64,000 nucleotides of DNA, from positions 108,670 through 172,669 of the forward strand of contig JAHJEV010000003.1 in the NCBI GenBank assembly GCA_018825365.1. The letters are read 5' to 3'. Source of the DNA: Patescibacteria group bacterium (GTDB lineage Bacteria > Patescibacteriota > WWE3 > UBA101185 > UBA10185). Below, one piece after another: positions 29,615-39,162 of this stretch. A program made the position numbers and the translations under genes. Position 1 is the first letter of the stretch. Each line of letters starts with the position of its first letter. The notes beneath the pieces were generated by a model, which worked only from the letters and a program-made list of their open reading frames with translations, made no database searches and was not told where the DNA came from.

Positions 29615-30745
29615 TTAATCGGCGCCTTCTTTTTTTATGAAATCTTCTATAACATATAATGTTTGGTTTACGGTATCAATGTCCACGTATTCATTTGCAC
29701 AATGAGACATTGATGTTGGTCCAGGTCCGAATATCACAACACTTCCCTTCCATTTTTCTTGTAATAACTGGACTTCAAAATATCCTGTTTCATTTATACT
29801 AGAGTATTCGCAGGTAAGGTGGTTTCGAGCAACTGAGTCTTCAAAATCTTTGATGTTTTCCTTTGGCGTATACATATGCCCGACGAGAAATTTAAAATCT
29901 ATATTTGTTATTTCCAGCTTAAGTAAAGCACCAATTTCCCTTATCTTATCTTTAACGTATTCTTTTGTAATTTTAGAGTCAGCAAGTCTAATTTCACCCA
30001 CACATTTAGCGTAATTAGGTACCACGTTGCCACTATAAGAAACATCACCATCAAGTTTTAACACACCACCGTTTAAATAAGCCAGATTTAACGAATTTAC
30101 GGTGTCGGGTTTATCAAATTTTGAAATCTCTTTTTGTAATAGGTCAAATAACTCTACGGTTTTTTCTATAGCGTTAATACCTTGGTGCTTAACTCCTGCG
30201 TGACAGGATTTTCCGTGGGTTTCAAAACTGAACTCTGTAACACCTCTACAACCATTTAGAACCTTTAGACTAGTTGGTTCAATACTGATTATAAATTTAG
30301 GTCTAAACACGTACTTTTCGATTAATTTATAAGCACCTTTGAATTCATATTCCTCATCAACTGTAAAAACGTATGCAATGTCATCGGAATCTTTATGAAC
30401 TTTAGCTATCTCAAGCATAATGGCAAGCCCTGCCTTCATATCTACAGATCCAAGTCCATACAGTTTACCGTCCTCTTCTCTACTTTCGAATGGATTTTGT
30501 GTTTCAATTTTTGGCGGGACTGTATCCATGTGACCAAAGAAAATAATTTTTGGCGACTTATTTTTATAGGCAATAATATTAGCCCTGTTATTTTCTACGT
30601 TCTGTCTTTCTACTTTTAGGTTTGTGTTTGAAGACAGAAAATTATATATATAATCGACTAATTTACTCTCGTCCTTATCTTCTGAAACATAAGATGGGAT
30701 GTTTATTAGTTCTTTTAAAGTTTGTAATACCTGATTTTTCCTCAT
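29615..30745 (-). CDS. M20 ArgE/DapE-family deacylase
   Basis: GHMDTV, GLGSVDMKAG, VDEE, GKSCHAG, FGPG...HCANEY; start at MRKNQ. Confidence 0.9.
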   Translation of the reverse strand: MRKNQVLQTLKELINIPSYVSEDKDESKLVDYIYNFLSSNTNLKVERQNVENNRANIIAYKNKSPKIIFFGHMDTVPPKIETQNPFESREEDGKLYGLGSVDMKAGLAIMLEIAKVHKDSDDIAYVFTVDEEYEFKGAYKLIEKYVFRPKFIISIEPTSLKVLNGCRGVTEFSFETHGKSCHAGVKHQGINAIEKTVELFDLLQKEISKFDKPDTVNSLNLAYLNGGVLKLDGDVSYSGNVVPNYAKCVGEIRLADSKITKEYVKDKIREIGALLKLEITNIDFKFLVGHMYTPKENIKDFEDSVARNHLTCEYSSINETGYFEVQLLQEKWKGSVVIFGPGPTSMSHCANEYVDIDTVNQTLYVIEDFIKKEGAD

Positions 30746-30836
30746 ATTGTTAATTTTTACAACTAATTTGCAAATAACACAAGCTTGTAGTAATATCTCA
30801 ACGAATGCCCAATTTTCAAGTAAAGAGGAGGAAGAG

Positions 30837-31607
30837 ATGAATACACAGGATATTGTAAATTCTATGGATAGGATGCCTGGTAATCCCGATGCCGCCTGGA
30901 TTGAGAGTATCGTTAGTGTTGCAATTAAGACTGGGGTCTTGGACCTTTCTGTCTTTGTGTGTCCAAAATTTAACACCGTAGCACTGTATTCCAAACAACC
31001 GGAGGAGTACATGCCAGCTACAGCGGATGACCCAAACGATCTATTTTTCCAGAGGATACCTAAACTTAAGAAGGTATTAGCAGATCTGAAGAACACAGGG
31101 GTTTCTCCAAAACTTCACATCCTTGTTGGTGACAATGATGCTGAGGTTTATATTTTCCCGTTTATGAGGGGGTTTAATCTGAACTTAGCTAAGTTTGATA
31201 AACGTCGCGCTGCGTACCTTCAAAGTTTTGAAGTGCGTGCGGGCTCTTTGTTCAGTAAAGATGCTGAGGTTCAAAGTCTTGGACTGAACAATGTTGTTCC
31301 CGGAACGTCTGAGGCAAAAGTGGCTGAAGATGAGCTTCAAAGTGAGCTTGTATTTTTCGGCTGGCTTTTTGGGGAAACAGGTCCTTACAAAGGCAACCTC
31401 AAATTTGACCAACAGACACTTGAGGAGATGGTCAGATTAAAATTTGCCTTGTACGGAGCGCAGGGAAAATTTCTCCAGAAAATCGGGGGAATATTGCTCC
31501 AAACTGAAGGTCCGAAAATCTGGTTACAGCGTACACGTATGCTGAGGTGTACCGGAGCCACTACTGTGCCAGCAATCTACCCATGGATCCGTAAGGAAGA
31601 AATGTGA
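30837..31607 (+). CDS. Uncharacterised alpha/beta protein (possibly class I aaRS/CDPS-like fold)
   Basis: GAGGAGG RBS; VFVCP...HILVGDNDAE...LYGAQG; fold is a guess. Confidence 0.7.
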   Translation: MNTQDIVNSMDRMPGNPDAAWIESIVSVAIKTGVLDLSVFVCPKFNTVALYSKQPEEYMPATADDPNDLFFQRIPKLKKVLADLKNTGVSPKLHILVGDNDAEVYIFPFMRGFNLNLAKFDKRRAAYLQSFEVRAGSLFSKDAEVQSLGLNNVVPGTSEAKVAEDELQSELVFFGWLFGETGPYKGNLKFDQQTLEEMVRLKFALYGAQGKFLQKIGGILLQTEGPKIWLQRTRMLRCTGATTVPAIYPWIRKEEM

Positions 31608-31664
31608 TTTCGAAAGAACTAAGTTATACAAAGGACGCAAAAAGAATCAAATCTTTAGCGTCCC

Positions 31665-32249
31665 TTATTTTTTGCTAATATTTAAAACTGGTCTAAGAAT
31701 TAGTAAAACCACTATTGTGTTGACAAGAATTATATATAGGGGGTAAGCAAACGCTTCAAATACCCACTTTTCCGTAGCTAATAGATTTAAGGCTGCTGAA
31801 ACTGCACCAATAAAGAAGAAGGTCCATACCTCGGACTCAGGCATTTTATAGGATTTTATTATAGTTGGAAGGAAACCAGTAAAATCTGCAGCGATAGAAG
31901 AAAATATCGCTGTCGTTGGATTTCTAGTATAAATCCAAACTGCAATACCGAACAAAGCTATAACAAAGCAAAAAATATCAAGTTTGGAAAAACCACCCAA
32001 ACCGTACTTTATACTCATTAAAAAGATAACAAAGGAACTAACTGCAAAAACGCCCGACAGCCAAATAGCTACCCGATTACCTTGTGCAAACATTGATGCT
32101 GTTGCAAGGGAACTAATAATAAATAAAACCAGTCTTGTTGTTCTATGAGGTTTAGCTTTACCTTTTAAAATAGAGATATAATATACAAAGTAAGCAACAA
32201 GGGCTAAAGCGGTACTTAGAAAAGTTAGTAAGTTTTGCATAGAGAACAT
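31665..32249 (-). CDS. Multi-pass membrane protein (PQ-loop-like)
   Basis: KGKAKPHR, ADFTGFLPTIIKSY.PESE, AYPLY; about seven TM helices. Confidence 0.75.
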   Translation of the reverse strand: MFSMQNLLTFLSTALALVAYFVYYISILKGKAKPHRTTRLVLFIISSLATASMFAQGNRVAIWLSGVFAVSSFVIFLMSIKYGLGGFSKLDIFCFVIALFGIAVWIYTRNPTTAIFSSIAADFTGFLPTIIKSYKMPESEVWTFFFIGAVSAALNLLATEKWVFEAFAYPLYIILVNTIVVLLILRPVLNISKK

Positions 32250-32459
32250 AGGTTATTACATTATATATGTAATTTGAGAAAATTAAGAACATGTAAAAGA
32301 ATTATATTTTGGTTTCTATTTTCAACACTCTCTTTCATTTCCTGAGCCCACCTACAAACATTTTGGTACGGTCCCTCTACAAAGGAGAATCCAAAAAGAG
32401 TTTTGGTGGTGATAAGATGAAAATTGTTTTTTTTACATTTTTCTGATAAAATCTAACCA

Positions 32460-34475
32460 ATGAAAGTTAGTGAACTAAAAAGTTTCCAGAAATCAATTTT
32501 GCAGGGGATTCCAGATAAACTTCCCAATGTCAAACTATATGATGAGAATATAAACCATGCTCCGAAAAGAAAAGACATCCTTTCAAAAGAAGAAAAAAGG
32601 TTGGCAGTTAGAAACGCCTTACGCTATTTTCCTTCGAAATTTCATCAAGTGCTCGCTAAAGAATTTGCAAAAGAACTAGAGGAATATGGAAGAATTTACA
32701 TGTACCGCTTTAGACCAGATTACAGGATCTACGCCAGAAAAATAAGTGATTACCCACACAAATCAACACATGCTGCTGCAATTATGTTAATGATTAACAA
32801 CAATTTAGATACTTCCGTAGCGCAGCATCCATATGAATTGATTACCTATGGTGGTAACGGTGCGGTTTTCCAAAATTGGGCGCAATATCTTTTAACAATG
32901 AGATATCTGGCTACAATGACAGATGAACAAACGCTTGTTATGTATTCTGGTCATCCTTTGGGTCTATTCCCTTCACATAAAGACGCCCCGAGAGTTGTTG
33001 TCACAAACGGCATGATGGTACCAAACTATTCTAAACCTGACGATTGGGAACGGTTTAATGCTTTGGGTGTCACTCAATACGGCCAAATGACGGCCGGCTC
33101 ATATATGTATATCGGTCCCCAGGGGATAGTTCATGGCACGACAATTACCATTCTTAACGCCGCAAGAATTTTGCAAAAAGGATCTGACGATTTAGGAGGT
33201 AAAATTTTTGTGTCTTCAGGTCTGGGTGGTATGTCAGGCGCTCAAGCTAAAGCCGCCGTAATTGCAGGTGCGGTTGGGGTTATTGCGGAAGTTAATCCTA
33301 AAGCCATAGAAAAAAGGTACACCCAAGGGTGGCTTAATGAGGTTTTTCAGGATCTTGACAAACTTATAGACAGGCTAAAACTTGCTCAGAAAAATGAAGA
33401 GGCTGTCTCTCTCGGGTATCAGGGAAATATTGTAGATCTTTGGGAAAAACTTGTTCAAGAAAAGATCAAGGTCGATTTAGGGTCAGATCAAACCTCACTT
33501 CACAATCCTTATGGGGGTGGTTATTATCCTGTTAGCTTAACTTTTGAGGGAGCAAAAATAATGATGGTTTCCGATTCTCAAAAGTTTAAGGAGTATGTTC
33601 ATCAATCTCTAGTCAGACAGGTTGCAGCCATAAATAAGATGGTGGCGCGGGGAATGTATTTCTGGGACTACGGCAACGCCTTTTTACTAGAGGCTAGCAG
33701 AGCTGGCGCTGACATTCTTAAAGCCGACAAAACTTTTAAGTATCCTTCCTATGTAGAAGATATAATGGGTCCAAAATACTTTGATTATGGTTTTGGCCCT
33801 TTTAGATGGGTGTGTACATCGGGTGACCCCAAAGACTTAGCACTAACAGACAAAACTGCAGCTCGTGTCCTTGAGATTATTACAAAATCTGCTCACTCAG
33901 AAATCCGTCAACAACTGGAAGATAATATTAAGTGGATTACTAATGCCGATAAAAACAATTTAGTTGTTGGATCACAAGCTAGGATTCTCTATGCCAATTC
34001 TGAAGGAAGACTGAAGATAGCAAAAGCATTTAACGATCTAATTAGGAAACGGTTAATCTCTGCACCTATTGCTATAGGTAGAGACCATCACGATGTTTCA
34101 GGTGCGGATTCCCCATACAGGGAAACCTCTGATATTTACGACGGATCCCGCTATACAGCTGATATGGCTGTTCAGAATGTAATAGGGGATTCCTTCCGTG
34201 GGGCTACCTGGGTTTCAATTCACAATGGAGGTGGGGTTGGTTGGGGTGAGGTAATAAATAGTGGTTTTGGGTTGGTTTTGGATGGAAGTAAAGACGCCGA
34301 AAGAAGGCTTAATTCAATGATTTTTTGGGATATACATAACGGTTTGGCTAGAAGAAGCTGGGCAAGAAATAAAGGAGCTATACTGTCCATAAAGAGAGCT
34401 TTGAAGGAAAATCCAAAACTAAAAGTTACCGAACCTAACTCGGTTAGTGAGAAGATTGTTTCCTCTCTTTTTTGA
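32460..34475 (+). CDS. hutU: Urocanate hydratase (long form)
   Basis: YGQMTAGS..YIGPQGIVHGT, GLGGMSGAQ, SDQTS, GRDHHD, HNGGGVG. Confidence 0.95.
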   Translation: MKVSELKSFQKSILQGIPDKLPNVKLYDENINHAPKRKDILSKEEKRLAVRNALRYFPSKFHQVLAKEFAKELEEYGRIYMYRFRPDYRIYARKISDYPHKSTHAAAIMLMINNNLDTSVAQHPYELITYGGNGAVFQNWAQYLLTMRYLATMTDEQTLVMYSGHPLGLFPSHKDAPRVVVTNGMMVPNYSKPDDWERFNALGVTQYGQMTAGSYMYIGPQGIVHGTTITILNAARILQKGSDDLGGKIFVSSGLGGMSGAQAKAAVIAGAVGVIAEVNPKAIEKRYTQGWLNEVFQDLDKLIDRLKLAQKNEEAVSLGYQGNIVDLWEKLVQEKIKVDLGSDQTSLHNPYGGGYYPVSLTFEGAKIMMVSDSQKFKEYVHQSLVRQVAAINKMVARGMYFWDYGNAFLLEASRAGADILKADKTFKYPSYVEDIMGPKYFDYGFGPFRWVCTSGDPKDLALTDKTAARVLEIITKSAHSEIRQQLEDNIKWITNADKNNLVVGSQARILYANSEGRLKIAKAFNDLIRKRLISAPIAIGRDHHDVSGADSPYRETSDIYDGSRYTADMAVQNVIGDSFRGATWVSIHNGGGVGWGEVINSGFGLVLDGSKDAERRLNSMIFWDIHNGLARRSWARNKGAILSIKRALKENPKLKVTEPNSVSEKIVSSLF

Positions 34476-34801
34476 TAACAAGAGAATGGAGAGAATAACA
34501 AAGAAAAATACTAATGGAAATATTGATGAATCCACACTTTTATTCCTATTTGAAGCATTTGGACGATTACCTAAAATAATAAAATTGTAATATCAAAAAT
34601 GTGACCTACACAACGATCGAAACTAAAGGTACATGAACTGTCGAATTCCTACTTTTGAGCGATTCTTTCATACCTTAATTATTTTAAATAGGGAGATAGT
34701 GTTTTATAGGAATCAAGTTTACAGTGCAAACGTATAGATGGTTTATGTTCTAAAGTTATTATTTGCTTTATTAAGCATCTAGGTCACATAAGTATACCGT
34801 T

Positions 34802-34875
34802 TGGCTGGGGGACAGGGATTCGAACCCCAATAGCTGGGACCAAAACCCAGAGTCCTACCGTTAGACGATCCCCCA
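34802..34875 (-). tRNA. tRNA-Gln (TTG)
   Basis: TGGGGGA/TCCCCCA, loop TTTTGGT, CCA. Confidence 0.95.
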
Positions 34876-34938
34876 TTAATGTTGCAATTATAATAGTAAC
34901 TTAGATAAATGGCAAAGAAAAAATTGTTAGTACGATCT

Positions 34939-35015
34939 TGGTGGGCGGTAAAGGGATTGAACCTATGACCTCACGGATGTAAACCGTGCGCTCTAACCAG
35001 CTGAGCTAACCGCCC
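34939..35015 (-). tRNA. tRNA-Val (TAC)
   Basis: GGGCGGT/ACCGCCC, loop TTTACAT, CCA. Confidence 0.95.
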
Positions 35016-35037
35016 TAAATCACGTTTGATAATAAAT

Positions 35038-35113
35038 TGGTGGGGAGGGAGGGACTCGAACCCTCATAGCCGGTTTTTCAGACCGGTGCCGTGACCATCT
35101 TGGCTACCGCCCC
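35038..35113 (-). tRNA. tRNA-Phe (GAA)
   Basis: Loop CTGAAAA, T arm GAGGG-TTCGAGT-CCCTC, CCA. Confidence 0.92.
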
Positions 35114-35127
35114 GTATTTACAAACTT

Positions 35128-35203
<76 letters not shown>

Positions 35204-35251
35204 ACAGTAAGATATTATAACAACAATCCTGTCGTTTTTTTATTCATACTT

Positions 35252-35336
35252 TGGTGGGCGGGACAGGACTTGAACCTGCATGGGTTGCCCCACTAGCTCC
35301 TTAAGCTAGCGCGTATGCCAATTCCGCCACCCGCCC
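35252..35336 (-). tRNA. tRNA-Leu (AAG)
   Basis: CTAGC-TTAAGGA-GCTAG, long variable arm, CCA. Confidence 0.93.
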
Positions 35337-35409
35337 TGGATGGATAGATTATACTATATTACAGGAAAACGATAAGTCCCATAAATTTCTATGCTAAAAT
35401 ATATTTGTT

Positions 35410-37200
35410 ATGATAGATACTGGGGTTGGTAAACAAAAAACTATAAAAATACTTAAAAGCGCTGGTTCAAACCCACTTTTTATTACAGTTTTCATTTATC
35501 TGGTCAGTATAGTAATCGTAGGATGTTGGGGAAATTTTCCTTCGAATGATGATTTTTATTATCTTACGCAGATAAAAACTTTTTCAAATGGAATATTTAC
35601 AAAAAGTGCACTTATTGGTCCAACCTTTATTTTGCAGGGTCTTATGGGTTTTTTGTGGAGTAAATTTTTTGGGTTAAGCTATATATCCTTGAGGGTTCTC
35701 ACGATATTAGTAACAATTTTTTGTATTGTGGGGTTGGACAGGGTTTTTTCAGTCCTAAATGTCCAAAGGAAAATAAGAACCCTGACTTTAATACTAATCA
35801 CGTTTATTCCACAATTTTACGTCAGCTCTCTTAGTTTTATGACTGAGAATTACTTTCTGTTTTACATAATTTGGTCTTTATATTTTTTTCTATCGTACAT
35901 AAAAACAAGACGTGATAGATCTTTGCTTATCGCCTGCATTTTAGGCGGGCTCTCAATAATGATCAGGCAGTACGGGGTTGTGCTGTTGGTTGCCTATTTA
36001 ATTGTGTATGTTATTTCTAATCTTAAAAAAATAAACATTAGAAAACTTTTGCTAATTCTCATACCCTTCATAGTGTTTGGATGTATGGGTTTGTTTTGGC
36101 CGAAATTTAAGAGTTTGGGGGATCCCAAGAGCTTGAACATGCTGCTTTTTTTTGCTAGCGTGAATTTGTTTATTTCCAGAGTAACAAGCACATCAGTTCT
36201 CCCATATATAGGGTATTTACTTCTGCCATTTACGGCTTCTTTGTTTTTAAAACAAAGAAATTACATCAAAATTTTCACTTTAGCTATCGCACTACCCATG
36301 TCTTATGAATTCTTTAAAATTGATGTTTTTAAACTAAGAAATCTTTTTTACCTTGAGGGATTTTATGCGAGGCTAATGGTTAATATTAGAGAAAATCTAT
36401 TTAACAATACCCTTTTTAAGCTGTTCCTTTCATATTTAATTTCCGTATCTCTATTAGCCATTGCTTTTTATCTGATTGACAAGCTGATTGGAAAAATTAA
36501 AGATACAAAAAACAAGGGAGTCGCTGTTGCTAAAGCTAATATAAATTTTCACAAGTTAACACTGCTTTTATTGATATTGGGTTTTTATGTTATCGCGGTT
36601 GTTACCGACAGGGTTTTTGACAGATACTTGGTAAATTTCTTCATCATTTTACTAATATATGTTGCGACAAGCGCTCAAGAGAGGGGTTTTTCGATACACT
36701 GGACGACTATACTAATGACCGCCTTTATTTGCGTAGTGACTTTTTTCTTATCCTTTCACCATTACAGGGAACTGCAGCTTAAATGGAAATTTGCCGATAA
36801 ACTTATGGCTATGGGTGTTGGGAAGTATCAAATATTTATCGATAACGTTTATGCCAGAACAGCTTATATGGAATTAATAAACAATTATGACGGAAGATAC
36901 GCGGCGAAACCAGAAAACTACGACCCTATCTGTTTTGTGCAGGAATACGTAAAACAGCAAAGCAACGCGCTGAATTCACTAATTGTTTATGTTAATAACA
37001 GGGCATTTGTTAGGAAATATTTTGCAAACCCCACTGTACTAAACGCGGGACTGCTGAAAGAAAGAAGCAATCATTTTGACTCCACGGATATTTTGATGAT
37101 CGACGAGGAATATCCAAGTCCTGTCTACAACCTTCTTGGTAAAAGAACCTTTGTCAGGGCTTTTTGCACGGAACCTATTCAGAAAGTAAAAGGGATTTAG
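35410..37200 (+). CDS. GT-C (family 39-like) glycosyltransferase
   Basis: NFPSNDDFYY, SFMTE, IRQYG, FDRY; many TM helices. Confidence 0.8.
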   Translation: MIDTGVGKQKTIKILKSAGSNPLFITVFIYLVSIVIVGCWGNFPSNDDFYYLTQIKTFSNGIFTKSALIGPTFILQGLMGFLWSKFFGLSYISLRVLTILVTIFCIVGLDRVFSVLNVQRKIRTLTLILITFIPQFYVSSLSFMTENYFLFYIIWSLYFFLSYIKTRRDRSLLIACILGGLSIMIRQYGVVLLVAYLIVYVISNLKKINIRKLLLILIPFIVFGCMGLFWPKFKSLGDPKSLNMLLFFASVNLFISRVTSTSVLPYIGYLLLPFTASLFLKQRNYIKIFTLAIALPMSYEFFKIDVFKLRNLFYLEGFYARLMVNIRENLFNNTLFKLFLSYLISVSLLAIAFYLIDKLIGKIKDTKNKGVAVAKANINFHKLTLLLLILGFYVIAVVTDRVFDRYLVNFFIILLIYVATSAQERGFSIHWTTILMTAFICVVTFFLSFHHYRELQLKWKFADKLMAMGVGKYQIFIDNVYARTAYMELINNYDGRYAAKPENYDPICFVQEYVKQQSNALNSLIVYVNNRAFVRKYFANPTVLNAGLLKERSNHFDSTDILMIDEEYPSPVYNLLGKRTFVRAFCTEPIQKVKGI

Positions 37201-37207
37201 TATTAAT

Positions 37208-37293
37208 TGGTGCCGGAGACAGGATTTGAACCTGCAATCCTTTTGGGAACAGCCTCCTGAAGACTGCGTGTATGCCATTTCCACCACTCCGGC
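37208..37293 (-). tRNA. tRNA-Leu (CAG)
   Basis: CAGTC-TTCAGGA-GGCTG, long variable arm, CCA. Confidence 0.95.
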
Positions 37294-37373
37294 TTATACA
37301 GTCCTATTCTATCAATATTACGTCATACGCACAAAAAAGCCCGGGGTGTGATTATCCGGGCCTACGAAATTTT

Positions 37374-37520
37374 CTACACGCTTCTGTGCTTATTGCTGGA
37401 ACGTGCTGGTTTAGTTTTATTCCTCTCCTTCCGATTTCTCTCGGAGGATTTAGATTTATGATATTTTCTGAACCAGTCTACAATTCTGCAAGCGACATCG
37501 GGCTGTGTATGATTCGACAT
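37374..37520 (-). CDS. Small basic protein (48 aa)
   Basis: AAGGAGAGAGG-ATG; MSNHTQPDVACRIVDWFRKYHKSK...; GCCCGG/CCGGGC-T6 terminator at 37333-37361. Confidence 0.5.
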   Translation of the reverse strand: MSNHTQPDVACRIVDWFRKYHKSKSSERNRKERNKTKPARSSNKHRSV

Positions 37521-37555
37521 CCTCTCTCCTTATCGAAATAAAGTTTTGGTGTGAC

Positions 37556-38179
37556 CTATTGTAGTAAATCTAACAGCTCTTGAGGCCTATTTATTATAAA
37601 ATCGGGTTTATATTCAGCCAGCTTAGACTCAAAATTATAACCCCAAGTTACCGAGGCTACCTTTAAACCCGCTGCTTTTGCTGCCCTTATGTCCCGAGTT
37701 TCATCCCCAACATATATCGTTTCTTCTTTTTTAAGATTAAACCTCCTTAAGGAATTCAAAAGGGCCTTTTCTTTATGAAATAAACTAAATGTCGAAAATA
37801 TAAAATCAAAAACTTCTAGATTATTGAAATTTAAAAACTTTTGAACTATTTTTTTCTGATTTGATGTGACAATTCCAAGCTTAACCTTTTTGGATCTAAG
37901 TTGGTGCAGTACGTGTGGGAGGTCGTTAAATGTAGGCAGGCCCTCTATCTCCTTTTGAAGTTTTTTTCTATACTTAAGTACGAAAAAAAGAAGCTTTACC
38001 TTTGAAATTTTAAATTCCTTAACAAAATCTTCCATATCCAAAGATCTAAATTCTTCGGGATTTATTTTCTCGTCGGATAGAAGTTTAAGCTCTTTGTTAA
38101 TTTCCATCGCGGCATTAACAGCAAAGGGAAATGTATCTGCAAGCACACCATCAAAATCAAATATTATATTTTTGATCAT
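37556..38179 (-). CDS. HAD-IA family phosphatase
   Basis: FDFDGVLADT, IVTSN, YVGDETRD, VTWGYN. Confidence 0.93.
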   Translation of the reverse strand: MIKNIIFDFDGVLADTFPFAVNAAMEINKELKLLSDEKINPEEFRSLDMEDFVKEFKISKVKLLFFVLKYRKKLQKEIEGLPTFNDLPHVLHQLRSKKVKLGIVTSNQKKIVQKFLNFNNLEVFDFIFSTFSLFHKEKALLNSLRRFNLKKEETIYVGDETRDIRAAKAAGLKVASVTWGYNFESKLAEYKPDFIINRPQELLDLLQ

Positions 38180-38614
38180 TTATTTCTTAACCAATCTAAT
38201 TTCGTATACTGCCCCATCTAAAATTCTTGTGGATGAAAGGGCATCGGTTAGATCGTTACCATTTTGAAAGACCGCCCATTTGTAACCGTCCGAAGCTTTA
38301 GTGTTAAATAATGAGTCAATTTCAACCCCATGCGTGTAATCAACCTTCTCAAACACAAGCCCTTTGTTATTTCTTAAATCCTCTAAAAAACTCATAATCG
38401 AATCTGTGTTTTTGACGTCAGTTTTATAGTTAAATGTTTTTGAACCTGTGTTTACAATTAAACTTGCACTTATCGTCCAGGTTTTTTCTATCTTAGGTTT
38501 AACATTGTCTTTTGGGAAAAGGTTTTCTGTTTTGAGTATTGATTTTACATAAAAAAATGAGACAACAATAAAACTTAAATAACCCAAACCTAAGATTATC
38601 GTTTTCCTTGGCAT
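38180..38614 (-). CDS. DUF4430-like exported protein
   Basis: TM anchor; G.EIDSL...YKWAVFQNG. Confidence 0.6.
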   Translation of the reverse strand: MPRKTIILGLGYLSFIVVSFFYVKSILKTENLFPKDNVKPKIEKTWTISASLIVNTGSKTFNYKTDVKNTDSIMSFLEDLRNNKGLVFEKVDYTHGVEIDSLFNTKASDGYKWAVFQNGNDLTDALSSTRILDGAVYEIRLVKK

Positions 38615-38659
38615 GTAAAAATAATATCACGGAAATTTAGGTATAATATATAAGTTAAT

Positions 38660-38737
38660 GCGCCTGTAGCCTAATGGATAGGGCACTTGTCTTCGGAACA
38701 AGGTTATGTGGGGGTTCGACTCCCCCCGGGCGCGCCA
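38660..38737 (+). tRNA. tRNA-Arg (TCG)
   Basis: CTTGT-CTTCGGA-ACAAG, CCA. Confidence 0.93.
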
Positions 38738-39114
38738 TTTAAAGATCCGCATTTCCGTATGCCCCCAAAACTGTGCAGACCCCCTTTGAGAAAATCATTC
38801 GGGGCCTTTTCATTTTCAATATTTTTTAAATAATATTTTCAGTCCTAGTATTGACATTACATAAAAATACATTCATTATTTTATCAAGAGCGATGAATTT
38901 AACTCTGCCCAACAAATTTATAAAAAAGGTAAGCACTTTGATAGGATTCGAGTGCTTTTTTTATTGCTTTTAAAAGAATGGGTTAAATGAACCTTGGTGA
39001 GATGCCCAAGTCGAGGATCTAAAACTAACTTGAAAATTTAAACAGTTTTGAACAACTGGAATGGTTAACATGAAATTTAACCAGTATTAATTTACTCATA
39101 AGGAGGGTGAAACA

Positions 39115-39162
39115 ATGCCAGCAAAGAAGAAAAAGGTAGTCAAGAAAAAAAAGAAGAAATAG
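39115..39162 (+). CDS. 15-aa Lys-rich peptide MPAKKKKVVKKKKKK
   Basis: Strong SD TAAGGAGGGTG; followed by AAACAGCAG/CTGCTGTTT hairpin. Confidence 0.55.
   Translation: MPAKKKKVVKKKKKK

Larger units (their letters stand above)
18790..34801. mobile_element. Composite accretion island abutting the tRNA-Gln 3' end (no intact integrase)
   Basis: Accessory genes separated by four tRNA-Gln-like direct repeats; recombinase-tail-like sequence before repeat R4 and before the tRNA; left boundary uncertain. Confidence 0.55.

Noticed and set aside
30746-31096. Long N-terminal extension of the M20 ORF
   Set aside because: Antisense shadow of the 30837 gene; M20 similarity starts at 30745.
32340-32410. 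Possible second copy of the His-like RNA on the minus strand (shares CTCCTTTGT and ACCAAAAC)
   Set aside because: Does not fold into a cloverleaf; matches are too short.
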